Assembly: GCA_025201805.1 (NCBI GenBank)
Contig: MU619292.1
Coordinates: forward strand, 19,997-61,459
DNA: 41,463 bases
Reading direction: 5' to 3'
Origin: Parasitella parasitica NRRL 2501
Taxonomy: Eukaryota; Fungi; Mucoromycota
A program made the translations under genes and the position numbers. Each line of letters starts with the position of its first letter. Position 1 is the stretch's first letter. The notes beneath the pieces were generated by a model. It was not told where the DNA came from. It saw nothing but the letters and a program-made list of their open reading frames with translations, and made no database searches. Positions 23,336 through 37,000 of this stretch are shown here, piece by piece.

Positions 23336-25305
23336 TCATTTATTTTGATGATAACCATTGTACAAACCAACGCAATCACTATCTATACTTAAGCGACTTT
23401 TACTTTCCTCGCTACGCTCACCTTCCAAATGAGATAGATATTTTTCATCTACATCCCCTGTAACGTAACGGTTGTCAAATACAGAAGTATCAAACTTTTG
23501 AATGAATTGATTGAAACGACGGACAGACTCTACTAAATCCTCTAAATCTTGGTAAATGACCTTGTCTGCATTGATTTCTTCAGCTACTTGTTCTTCATTT
23601 CTTCCATGTGCTACAAGTTCTTGACGTGTAGGCATATCAATACCATAAACGTTAGGATATTTGATAGGGGGAGCGCAAGATGCAAAATACACTTTGTTGG
23701 CTCCTGCATCACGAGCCATTTGAATAATTTCTTTAGAAGTTGTGCCTCTTACAATGGAATCTAATAAACCAGTTAATTACAAGTCCTTATAAATTAACGG
23801 TTAGTGAAGTCTACCATCTACCAGCAATACATTTTTGCCGTGGAATTCTAATGCCATCGCATTTAACTTACGGCGAACATTTTTACGCCTGTAAAGAAAC
23901 GAAAAAAAAAAACCTTCATTAGAAGCAGTTTGCAACTGCTAATTTAAGATTAAATACCTTGTTTGTTGGCCAGGCATAATGAATGTACGTCCAACATACC
24001 TATTCTTATTGAAACCTTCACGGTAAACAATATTCAATCTGCGAGACAGCTGTAGTGCAGCCACGCGACTAGTATCAGGAACCTACAACTTCATTAGTTT
24101 CACACTTGCAATTGACCAGGGCTAGTACATCTTACGGGAATAACAACATCGATATCCATCTCATCACCAAACGTTTTTTTCACTTTTTCAGCCAAAGCTT
24201 CGCCCATACTCAGGCGAGATTTATAGACGGATATCCCATCCATAATGCTGTCTTGACGAGCAAAATAAACAAACTCGAAAATACAAGGAGTAACTTCTTT
24301 TCCAGTTACCAATTCACGACGAGATACATTTCCGCCTTGAGTAATAATGACAGCTTCACCAGGCTTTACATCTTCAAAACTAGTAAACCCGAGTGACTCC
24401 AATACCACACTCTCCGATGAAAACATGTAGTCAAATCCTGCAGGGTTTTTACGACGGCCCATGATCAAGGGACGAATACCATGTGGATCCCTAATACCAA
24501 TAATACCATAGCCAGCAATCATTGCAACACAGGCATAGCCACCTCTACATTGCTGATGCAAATCCTTGATTGCAGTGAAGATGTCTTCTTCATTGACCCT
24601 ATGTATGAGTAATAACAAAAAATATCAGTTAGATTTGAGATGTTGCAATCACATCTGTAGATTCCACTGATTTTTACCTGAATTTTCCAGTCTTTTGGAG
24701 ATTGTTGGCCAGTATATTCAAGAGGAGTTCTGAGTCAGAGTCTGTGTTAATATGGCGATGAGCAATTTTGTCAAGGTAGACCCTTAATTCATCAGCGTTG
24801 GTCAAATTTCCATTCTATATGTTTGTCAGTCATCAAGATTATAGCCTAAAAGAAGACTTACATGAGCAAATGTGATGCCATATGGAGAGTTTACATAGAA
24901 TGGTTGAGCCTCAGATGTAGATGATGATCCGGCCGTGGGATATCTGACTGAAGAAGCGGTCGTACAAAATGAATTAGTGGCAGCTAAACTAACGCACATG
25001 CAAAATCAAGATGATTACCATGGCCAATGCCAATACTCCCCACAAGTCTTGCTAATTGTGATTGTTCAAACACATCATTGACCATACCATTGCCTTTACA
25101 TTGATAAAGACGACCTTTAGGGCCAGATGTCACAATACCAGCTGCATCCTTGTAATCAATGACATTAGCCTCATATTATGCAAATATTTTATTTCAGAGA
25201 ATCATTCACCTGTCCTCGATGTTGTAACAAACCTAAGCTTTCAAAAAGATCTGGACAAGCAGAAGCACTTTGGTCAGCCAAAATTAAAGCTGAAATCCCG
25301 CACAT
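23336..25305 (-). CDS. ADE4: Amidophosphoribosyltransferase, multi-exon
   Basis: N-terminal MCGI (Ntn Cys), [38 protein letters not shown] motifs. Confidence 0.96.
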
Positions 25306-25560
25306 TTTTCAGGATATTTTGTGAAAAAAAGTTGAAGGAAGAGAGATGATTCAATTGAGGCATTGTTAGAGATGTAACTTTAAAAGTGAAGTGAGTCAAT
25401 CTGGAAAGCAGTCGCAACTATTGCTCTGTTTTGGGCAGTAGCATGCTTATCATTGAGCACAGCAGCCATAACAGAAACAACCCTTGTCTTTCTAGATTAA
25501 ATCAAATACAACTCCATCTTCCTCTCTCTCTCTCTTTCTTTTCTTTTTTTACAGTTTCAA

Positions 25561-26388
25561 ATGAGCACAATCAAAATCGGTTCTTTGCTAGTCAAGTATG
25601 TAAACCTTGCGTTTTGTAGACAATATTATCAATTAACTTTTAATATAGAACATTAGCAAAACCTGTCGCAAATTCTATCAAGACTCAAGCCAAATCACAT
25701 CCTAAATTCAAAGCATTTTGCATCAGTGTGGCTCAGGTAAGTTAAATAGTGATGCAGTAATAAAATATCAGACTGATTGATTACCCAGGGCTCGCATACC
25801 TTAGAAATGACCTTGAAGATGAAGTTTTTGGGCTATAAGACTGAAAAAATCAGGCCGTTAAATGATGCGAGGTAAAATGCGAGGCATTTATTTTCATATA
25901 GCAATTATTCAGCACTGTATAGAGCCATTGAAAGTGGGGCAAACTTCTTGAGTGAAGCATTTGTATTTGCTGTAGCAGCGTCTGTTATTTTTGCAGAAAG
26001 TTGGAGGTAGATAAGTCAGAATTTTGATGCAGCAAAAAAAAAAGTTGACGGGTACTTGATTTAGATCGCGAGCAACTGCCAAAAATCGTAGAAATTATGT
26101 AGACGAAGCTCTAGAGAACTTGGAAGCCCAAAATAAAAGTTTGACGGAAATGCTTGAAGAAACTCGACATGTGAACCGAACCAGCGAGGAGAGATTAAAG
26201 CAGATCGAGGAGGATAATATACATCTTCGAGAACTGTTGAATGAGGTAGAATTTGGATCTTGATGAGAATGTGTTGTTTTAAAATATTGTATATTTAGAT
26301 TTTATCTGTCAGTATGGGACTAAAACGACATACGGAATACCAACAACAGCCTACCATCATAACACTTCCGGGAATCAGCAATGAATAA
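25561..26388 (+). CDS. OPA3: OPA3-like mitochondrial protein, multi-exon
   Basis: Spliced translation MSTIKIGSLLVKTLAKPVANSIKTQAKSHPKFKAFCISVAQ...KIRPLNDARAIESGANFLSEAFVFAVAASVIFAESWRS plus coiled-coil tail; absent from the ORF track because exons are short. Confidence 0.88.
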
Positions 26389-26875
26389 ACTATATAGAGA
26401 TTTCTTTGTTATTCAATGCCATTGATTGAATATACCCCTCCCCAAAAAATTTATTATTAAACAAGGAAATGGCCTTCTGATTTGTTTTTGACTCAAACGG
26501 AACCTTTCAAAAAGTTTGTGATACGTCTTTTCATGGTTTTCCTCATCTTACAACATGTGATAACGTTATATTTAATGTGTTTATCGCTTTGTTTTATCCC
26601 CAATAGAAATAGTTGGAGCGCTTTCTTACATTATTGTTCTATAGACAGATAATCCAATCGCTTCCAATAAAACGTCATCATAGCATGTAATCATTATTGA
26701 GAATCTTTTTACTAATGCACCTCGATGAACACAAAAACTCAATTAACCATCCAATCTCGCTGCGCTCAATAGATAGTGTCATACTACGAGCTAAATGAAT
26801 TTTGTTTCTGGGTCATTGCCGCGCTTTGAGAAAACTCTAATAGGCTAAAGAATAAATAGTTTGGCTTTTTGACCT

Positions 26876-27390
26876 TCAGTTTGCTACGGTTCGTCTTCCA
26901 AGTTGATATTTTGCTATGAACTTCCTGTACTCCGCGGTCGTGTCTTTAAGCTTAACAGACCTGCGGGTAGTATTTTGGGCAATCAGAGACAAGAACACTT
27001 TCACAAAGAATTCTTTTCGTACAAATTCATTCAAGTTGAAATTGCTGTTTGCGGACAGTTCTTTCAAGAATATGTATTTTGAAAAAGCAAATGTGTGAGT
27101 GATGACTGTATGAGTAGTATTCACTAGATTATACAATGGCTGCAAAAATCTGGTTTCCATATATTTTTGATAGTCGTTTTCACTGTCATCACCTTTTTTC
27201 TTGTTTTATCATCAAAGCTTTTCGTTGTAGAACCAGGTTTGGTAGCAGTAGAGTCAGACTTGGAAGCAGTAACATTGGGTACATTCATGAAACTATCAGA
27301 TTGTGTAGCCTTGCTTGATTCACCTATCATTGGATCTTGAGCATTGGTTTTACGAAAACCGATCTTGCTTGTGCTACCAATTTCGTCTTA
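26876..27390 (-). pseudogene. Truncated, frameshifted remnant resembling the N-terminal (WED/REC) part of Mucorales Fanzor1/TnpB-like proteins
   Basis: ORFs 27124-27330 and 26876-27160 join through a 1-nt loss in a T run near 27145: TVKTTIKNIWKPDF/LQPLYNLVNTTHTVITHTFAFSKYIFLKEL...KEFFVKVFLSL; family call from recalled pattern; no RuvC present. Confidence 0.5.
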
Positions 27391-30300
27391 AGCTTTTTTT
27401 AAGTATGTAATAGGTGTTTAAAATGCTTGACTCCTTCAGTCTTATGAATATAATGTAATAATACATACTTCTTTTTCTAAAGGTTACAGATGACTGAAAA
27501 TCATCATCTGAATTGTCGGTTATAATTTTTTCATCTGTGTATACCGTTATAGCTTCAATTTGTGGTAAGTAAAGTTTTGATCAGAAATTAATATGCATCT
27601 TTACCGTTTCTGTTCAAAGACTCCTCTTCAGAGCAAGAAGTAGAAGTATCCTTCCGAATTTTCGTCATCTGTACTTTTCTGAAAGGAAAAGTTATTTATA
27701 TATTGTGTCCTCAGAAAACTAGTTTAAAAAAGAAATAAATGTGTAAAAAAAAAACAAGACAAAAAATATTTATGGAGAATATGCAATGTTGGTGGTTCTA
27801 GTAACGATAATATGTGCTTTTGAATATGACAATTATTTTTGAGGAAACATCATTTATTTCTTTCCAATGGATGTTTATATTCCAATAAACTCCATTTGTT
27901 TTTTCAAAATGGACAAAATTTACAGGTTGCACTATATAGACAGTACACCTTGTTCAAGTATTTGCCTTTTTTTTTATATGTTAAAACCCCCACTTGGCCT
28001 GTGGTTGCCATAATATTGGATATATAAATAGTTTTCAGTCAAGTATTCAACTCATTCTGATCATCTCCACATGCATACAATGTTTACCTATAGTCACTTT
28101 AACAATACCTAATGTTTTAAACATCTGTTAGACTCCCAGTACCATTGGATGTAATAATTCAGCTCATCTTCCTGTTCCTCATAAGGATCTTAACAAAATT
28201 AAAAGTTTAAAAGGAGAAGGCAAAAGAAAAGAAATCTTTCGACAAGGATAAAAGTGCCAAGCGAAAAGAGGCTAAACGGGTCTTCCAGGCAAGACTACGT
28301 ATAATGATGGCTGAACACATGTATCCCTTGAGAAGATTTGATTGTATAGACTGCCGGCGATATTGTGATTGATCCTACTACTCACCGAAAGAATCAAATT
28401 TCCTACGCCCTTTCACGTGATACTTGCAGGGCCAGACCCATCAAAGAACATCCGAGAAGACTGATCTTCGTTTTCTAAACGAAAAAGCTAATGTTTTGCT
28501 ACTTAATAGTCTAGTCGTGTCACTTCTTACTCTGAATCTTGGTTTTTGCTCAGTATTGGGTGTATGAGGTACATGTCTACACTTTTCTCGGAAAATAGTC
28601 AAGTCATAGGCAGCAACAAGCTTTAGTTTCTTATCAATATGTTTTGAAAGCTGAAAAGGATCGCATGTTCCACTTTGTTCTTGCTATATCAACTTAAGTT
28701 CTTGATGACTCGCCAATAATAGTTGTTAACAGGGCTACATACACATAAAATCTTGGAATTAAAACTTCATAATAAAGTATGTTCTATGTGTTTGCAGTGT
28801 TATATCGCATCTTGATACAAATTGGAAAGACGATTATTGAAATTTGCCTCAAGAGCTAAAAAGGCCATTTGTCTCAGAAACCATGTTTTTCAGTATGATA
28901 CACTTTGCGGTCAGCAAAAACAAGTATGCATATGCCTATTAAGCTAGCTGTTGCTTGATCTTCTGATAAACTTTCAAAATCTTAATACAACATAAATGCG
29001 AGACAGGGCGTCAAAATGTGTCTCGTTATGCATTCCCTTTCCTTAACCAAGTTTAAAAGTGTCCCTCACCGTGGTCAGTTCGGAATCATTTTTTGACATT
29101 TCTCAGAAAAGTTATTCACCTTCAGTCTTTAACAGAAAAGGCCGAGCTTTCGAATTAATATTATTATAAAAGCAATTACTTCTTTGCGACACATGATGTA
29201 CTGAAAAACAAACGGCCATCTACTGTATTATTCTACATGCGTAAAAATTGTCATAACTTTTAAGGACGCAAAATTTGTTCTTTACAAACACGGCTTGTTA
29301 AAAGAACTACAGATAGGAAATACTTTTGTTTGTGAAATGCGTATATATATCAATCATACTCAAGGAAACGCTCATAATTTATCAAATCGAGCAGCCAAAC
29401 GTCCAAAAATGGAAAGCTACTATCTAGTATACCTCCAAGCTACGAAATTAGATTTTAATTTGTGTGTTTGTGGCGCTTTCATTTCAGAAAAGCAACACTA
29501 TACCAATAGCCGAATGCAAGGCACAAAGAAAACTGCATTGTACATGCATTGGTGCATGTGTATCAAAGCAACTGAGATGCATGTCCCCTAGTAAGCGGCC
29601 CGACTTGAACTTTAACAGACATGAGATTTTCAAAACTAATATTCGTTGTTCTCTACTATTGCTGAATGTATATGTAAACAGCCGATTATTTGTATATTAT
29701 ACGAGAAATTTCATCGATTACTACTGTTTATCATATGTAAACCATGCGGTAGAAAATAGGCTGGGTGTATACACGTAAAACGTATATTTACGTGTCAGCC
29801 GAGTTTTCCTGATGTTACAGTTTTACAACAAAGTTGAACACAACCTGCAATCATGTAAGTGTTTTCTAACTTCTACTTGAATGAGTCGAAAAAAGGTTTC
29901 TAAGCTTGTAAATATATACGTGTAAAATTGCTGGTTTATTTTTTTACCCATTTTGTGAGGATATAGGTGAACTGATATTGCTAGATGACTTATCATGTCT
30001 CATTCAAAGGTTGATACAAGCATAAAGGTATACAATATCAGCACCATTTGGGAATCTCGTGAAACTGTCAACAAAAAAGTATCTGAAAGTGTACTCAAAT
30101 GTATCATTTATTTACAAGAAAACAGCCTACGCTGTATAAAGTATATCGTTATGTGGAAACCAGCATAAACAAACAACTAAACAGACCTAAAATTACTGTG
30201 CTTTACATGCATAAGCATACACATGACAGTATATGTAAGTTTTCTATTTGAATGCTCCAAAAGATCTTTTGAATATGTTGAAAAAGGCACGGATATATCG

Positions 30301-31045
30301 CAAGTATACAGGCCGCTATAATGCTGCTTATTATACTGCAGCATATACGCTGCATTTATTACAAAGTTGAGGCAAATGTCGCAGGAATCCAGGCATTTGC
30401 AGCTGACAAGTGTTGCCTTATTATGAATAAGCAGAAAAAGGGGAAGGAGTCGTTTTGAGATGGTAACTCAAACAGCTATAGATGGCAATATCTTCACGGC
30501 CAGACTCTAAATAATGGAAATTTTTCGCGATAGTGGTACACAATCCTCTGTATGAATCCATTCTCCTGTTTCTAGATGTTTGATAAAATATGCTGTTATT
30601 TGAAGAGCCTAGGTTCAGTATTGTAATACCGGAGTGTAGATCAACGATTTTAGCCCGTGGAGAGATACCACAGGGTGTGTTTTTTTTTGATAAATGTGTT
30701 TAAATAAAGTAATGTCTTTAACATTAACTACATGGTGTTATCGATAATGGAGACAATATGAAAAAGTGATACGAAATGTTGGTTGCAAAAACTAAATAAC
30801 TTTGTACGACAAATCTTATTTTGCTCGGCAAGCCCTCTGTTTGTAAACAAGGCAAAGAAAATCCTCACAGACGTTCCAAGTAACAAGATCGAAGGGCATC
30901 GTCTAAAATGTGCATTTAGTCTGCATTTTGCTCTCTTTTCTCTCTCTCTCTCTATTTTCCTTTTTCCTTTCCTACATTTTTTTTTCTTGAAAAAATACAT
31001 TTCTCTTGATACCTTAATTTGATAGCTTGTATATAACTGAAATAA

Positions 31046-34000
31046 ATGTTTGACAAGAGCGAAAAGTTCCCTGAGGGATGGTTCTTCATCAAGAACAGCA
31101 ACAATGGTTATGTCTTGATGGTTGATAATGAATCCCAAGAAGCTGGTAGCCCCGTTGTGCTTGCTACTTTACGCACTAAAGATTATGCGTCTCAACTTTG
31201 GAGACATGATCCCAGCGGCTATCTTGTCAACAAAAAGTCAGGCCAGGTCATGGATGTTGCAAAAGGTAAGTTAGTGGAGAAAAGTGCTACGAAGGCGTGT
31301 TACGGACTTCATCCCGAAATGCGTGCCTGTATGATATTCTGATCGTGCAATGTTGTACTTAACTCCGTTTTTTCATTTGCATTGAATTTGCTACACAGGT
31401 GCAGCAAAGGCTGGCGTAGACATTGTACAACAAACTCAAGCTACTAGCATCAAGGAAAACCTGAACTTTCAGAAATTTGGTCTCTCTCCGTATGGTCATA
31501 TCTACTTGACCAACAAGCCTTCTCTTATCCTGGGCATTAAAGAATCCTTCTTTACTCGTCGCGAGGGGCTCCACGTCCACCTTCAGCTCGTTGACAAGCG
31601 TCATCTTGATCGTAAGGAGCAACGCTGGGATTTTGTCCTTCCAATTATCAAGGAGGCTGCTGCTGAGCCTGTAAAGAGAAGCATGAGTTCTAGCACTGTC
31701 AAGAGCAATACTCCTAGCGTCAAGCTGCCCGCTGTTGCTCAAATTAAAGAGGATGGTAAAGTGATCTTTGTGTGTTGTTTCGATGTCTAACGCCCTCACC
31801 AAAAGTAGATGCTCGCTCGGTTCATTCCAATGCTGAATCCACTTGCTCAAGTATTGATAATGCCAATTCTAACGCTGTACCCACTGGCTCCTTCCCTGAC
31901 ACTGCCTTCTTCTTGAAATCAGATGCTTCTGGTCTCTACATCAGTATTGAAAATTCAACTTCGGTCACTTCTGGTACTCAATTGACTATCGACAGCCTCC
32001 GCAAGAAGAACTACGATAGTCAGCTCTGGACTTACGATGTTTCAGCTCACCGCCTTGTAAACAAATTCTCGGGTCTAGTTCTCGGTATCGAACTTAACTC
32101 CATCAAAGACGGCTCTGATATCGTTCAAACTGTCTCATCCGATGCTGAAGATAAATCGCAAGCTTGGTTTTTATCGTCTGAAGGCGAGATCACATTAAAG
32201 AACAACGATGGCTTTGTTCTTGGCTTTAAAGAAAGCTGGTTTGGTAACCGTGAAGGTGCTCATCTTCATTTGCAAAAGAGAAACAAGGGCAATCAGCACC
32301 AAAAGTTCACTGTTGTTTTACCCATCTTTAAAAAGAGCACGGAAACTACAGTCAAGACTGAGCAGAAGGGTGTTTTCCCCGATGGCTGGTTCTTTGTCAA
32401 GAGCCAAGCCCGCGGTCTGGTTCTTACTGTGTTGGAAACAGGCGTCATTGCTGCTGAGGTGGCTGCCACCAAGCTTGACACATCCAATTATTCTCGTCAA
32501 CTCTGGAAGTATAACGAAGGCTACATTGTCAACAAAGCTTCTGATATGGTTTTGGACGTTCGTGGAGGTATGCGATCCTGTGCAAATTGTTAATAGGCTA
32601 CTTTTGCTAACGCATCATTGTAGGTTCAATCGAAAGTGGCGCCAGTATTTGTCAATACACGCGCAAGGAGAAGGAAAATAAGAATCAGCAATGGGCATTG
32701 ACTCCTGAAGGCGTCATTTATCTTGAAGCCAGTAAAAAGCTTGTATTGACCGTTAAGGAAAATGAAGCAGTTCGTTCCAAGCTCTACCTGTCTGAGAGAA
32801 AGCCTGGACACAAGGAGCAATGTTGGAATTTTGTGTTACCTGTATTCAAGAAGAAGCAAGGTACGTAAACTATAAATACAGCAAATGTAACACCGCAAGT
32901 GTAATAAATTATGTAAACGTGTAGCCACTGCATCCGCAATTACCAAAATCAACACTTTCCGTTATGCTACTTACCCTTCTGGTTGGTTTTTCATTCGCTC
33001 TTTTGTTTATGGTTCAACCACTGAATCACCATTGGTTTTGACCGCCAAAAATGAAAAGTCCATCGAATTGAATTTGCTCGATCGTGAACATTGGCAAAGC
33101 CAACTCTGGTCTTTCTCATCTGGTAAACTCATCAACTATGCTACTGATCTCGTCATCGATGTTTCATGTAAGTGTATCTATTTCTCTTTTGTGCTCTTGA
33201 ATTTATTTTAAAGCCAAATCTCAATCTACCAAATTAGCACTTTCTGCTGGCGCTGGCTTGATCCAGAACAAGAGTTCTGCCCAAAAGTGGTACATGACCG
33301 TCGATGGCTATCTTCTTTATGGCCAATCTGGCGATAAACTTGCTCTTTGTGTCGAAACTCAGGACAAGAACAAGTATCGTCTTACGCTCTGTAGCCACAA
33401 ATATTCTCAAGAATTAAGCTGGGGCTTCTTAATTCCTAAATTTGGCTATCGTTCTGGCGTTCAAACCCTTTCTCAATGGTCCATCGCTATTCTCAGAGAA
33501 TGGCGTACTATTACTACGACAACTACCGCCACCAAAAAGTTTGTTCATCAACCTGTAGCTGAATGGCCTCAAGGCGAGTTCTATATCAATGGCCCTGATG
33601 GCCATGCTTTGGTTCCTAAGAAATCTGAATCTGGATCTGCTTTGGTCATGAAGAAATTGGAGATCAGCACCGAAAATGTTTTCAAGTGGACGTTCCGCAA
33701 CGGTTATCTCGTGCACTGTGCTACAGGTCTTGTCATGCGTGCTCCAGGTAAATCACTTTTTTTTTTACATGTACAAAGCAGTTTTGTGCAACACTACTAA
33801 CTTGAATATGCCGATTCCTTAGATAATTTTGCACAAGGTTCTCAACTTCAATTAAGCTCTCAAGCTGAGGGTGATTCCCATCAGTCGTGGACACTGCGAA
33901 CCGATGGCACTATTATCTCCAAGAAAGACGAGCAGTTTGGTCTCGGCGTTGTTCAAGTCAATGGAGCCTGGACTATACAGATGGTCACTGGAAGCTACCA

Positions 34001-37000
34001 CGCCTGGAGAATTCTCTACGGTAGATACGAGACGCGATATTCCGAGCAAGAAAAGAAGGATATTTCATATCTTGTCAGCTTCCAACGAATTGTGTTGACT
34101 CTTTGGATCATGCGCAAGCGTAAGTAATTTAGATACATTGCAATATGGCGTCTAACGCTGGTCTCCATGTTCTTTAGATGATGATGTTGAGCGTAAGCTA
34201 GTTACACATACGTATGGTGTGTTCCCCAAGGGCTGGATTTTTATTCGTTCCAAGTGCGATGATGGACTCTTCATCACTGTCACTGACATGAAGAAGGGTG
34301 CCAAGTTGGTTTTAGCCAAGTTGGACAGCAAGACTTATAAAAGCCAACTCTGGAGATATCGCGAGGATGGCTGTCTCGTCAATTTTGAAACCGACTTTGT
34401 AATTGATGTTGCCGGTGGCAAGCTCTTTTCCAATGCCAATGTCATTCAATGGAGCCCCAAGTTCTTGCGTTCTAGCCGTAAGAATCAGATGTGGGGTCTT
34501 ACCGTCAATGGCCATATTCATCCTCAATCCAAATCTGACTTGGTCCTCAGTCCTGTCGGTACCCAAGCCAAGGAGGGTGCTGAATTAAAGCTGGTCAAGC
34601 GAGGTGATTTGAGCCTGGACTACCAACAGTGGTCATTTGCAACTCCTGTCTTTAGCAAATGCACCCATACCTCTTATGCCGCGCAACAAGCCAACAAGAA
34701 TAGTCTTGTCTTTGAAAAGGTTGGCAGTAGCTGCTCAATTGACGAATCTAGCTCTGAGCGCTACGAGAGAGTGACCAAAAAGACCATCGTACGTCGTTGG
34801 GGCATTTTCCCCGAAGGCGGTTTCTTTGTTCGTAGTTCTCATGGCAACAAGAATTTAGCATTGACTGTTGAACGTGATGAATCTTCTCTGCAGCACAGAA
34901 TCGTCGTTCGTTCGTTGAACTTCAAGGCCTACAGATGGCAGTTATGGCGCTATAACAACGGTTATTTGATCAACGAGGAAACTGGTCTAGTTCTTGATGC
35001 TCAAGCCTCTGAGGATATCGCAGTTGAAGGCGAACAAGCTCAAGTTTACCTCAAGGAGAAGGCTTCTAATGAAGGCCAATTCTGGGATCTTGGTGTGAAT
35101 GGCGAAATTCACTTGAGATGCAACGAGAGATTGACAATTGGTATGGCTCGCTCAGCCGATGCATCCATTGAAGGTGCTCAGGTAGGTATAAGTAAGATAA
35201 GAATTGTTCATACTAATGTAGATGGCAAGCAAGTATCTGCCTTCAAGTCTGATGAATGGCTGCGTTGGACTTTCTCTAAGCCTGTCTTTGGAAAGCGTTC
35301 TACTACCACTAATACTAGTACTAGTACCAAGACTAGCACTTCGGTTACTGAGAGTGGATCAAGCCTGGAAATTGAAAAGTGTGAAGATCATGCTGTCACT
35401 ATCCAGGAGCAAGACGAGGTGATGAATGACGAGGAGGAGGAAGAAGAGAACGAGGAGGAAGATGAAGAAGCTGAGGCAGAGGAGGCACGGGAGGTGGACG
35501 ATAGTGATTATGAGATTCAAACACCTGTACAGACGCCTTCATCTTCATCCAATACCTCATCTGCTGCAGGTGTTGCTATCATCACTGCCGGTGCTGCTGT
35601 TGCCGTTGCTGCTGGCACCACAGCTAATGTCATTACTAGCTCGCCCACAACCGAGACTCAATCTACTATTGCTACTATCACCACTATGGAAGCAACTAGT
35701 AAATCTGACATTGTTGCCACTGTAGAGACTCCTACCAAAGTTGATCATGCCAAGGCACCTGCTGGCCCTGCTGGCCCAGCCTTGAAAAAGTCTGATTCTG
35801 CCAAATCTCAAAAAGAGAATCGTAAGGATTCTTTCCAACTGGAGAAAAGCTATGTTCCTACTGGCTTTGAGAAGATTGTTCGATTCAAGTCTCACCATGG
35901 TGGTTTTCCTCCTGGCTTTTTCTTCATCAAGAGTTCTTTGCATGGCTATGTTCTGGATCTTGTTGGTGACGCAAATGCAGGCAGCTTTGCTGTTTTGACT
36001 AGAATGAAATCCACTGACTTTGCTAGTCAATTGTGGTCCTATCAAGATGGTTTCTTGGTGAATCTTAAGGGCCGCGTTTTGGTTTTGGATGCTGCTAATG
36101 TTGCTCTTGTTGCTGGTGAGCGTGTTCACATGTCTATTCGTAACTCAGAGGCTGAAGGATGTGATGATCAAACCTGGGAATTCTCTCCTGAAGGTTTGAT
36201 TCATCTCAAAAGCAAGCGTTCTTTTGTATTGTCCCTTAAAGAAACCAAGCGTTCTGACAAGTATACTCAAATCGATGTTTACCTTCATGAAGCAAAGGCT
36301 CTTGTCAAGAAGCAAGCTCGCCCTGAACAACACTGGGAGATAATGGTGCCTTCATTGATTCCTGTCAGTCAGAGTGAATCTGGTGTCAAGGTGATTGAAT
36401 CTAAAAAGATTGAAAAGGTCACTAGCTCTACTGCTACTGCTATCGTTTCTTACAAGTGGCTCAAGGAAACCTACTGCCATAAGGTCACTAGTCTGAACCA
36501 ATGGCCTAGTACTCAAGGCTGGTTCTTTATTCGCTTTGGCAGTGAAAAACATTTCCTTGCAGCTGGCGATTCGGCTCAAAGCCAAGTTGGTCTTTATGAG
36601 ATCTCCCAAGATCTGGATTACAGAAGATTCTTGTGGACTTTTGTTGATGGCTATTTGATCAATTACAGATACATGCTTCGCCTTGTCTTGAGTACCTGTA
36701 AGCATTGAAATACGCTAGCAATACATACGCTAATCTTTAACATTTCGATAGCTCATCACTGGATCTTATCCAACTCCCATAGCACTCTTAACCAAACATT
36801 CTATATTCACGCTAATGGATCAATCTCTGTCAGAATCTCAAAGATTATCTATTACATTCGCTTTATCCGCACTAAATCCGGAGCTTACACATTGGATGTT
36901 ACCTCTGATGGTGCTTCCAAAGAGGCTCAAGGACTGGACCTTCACATCCCTGTTATTTCTGATGCTGAATACCAAAAGAGATCAGTCTTGGCCCTTTCTA

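Noticed and set aside
29295-31022. Short ORFs upstream of the gellin-like gene
   Set aside because: Non-ATG starts or low-complexity translations of promoter-like DNA; no motifs.
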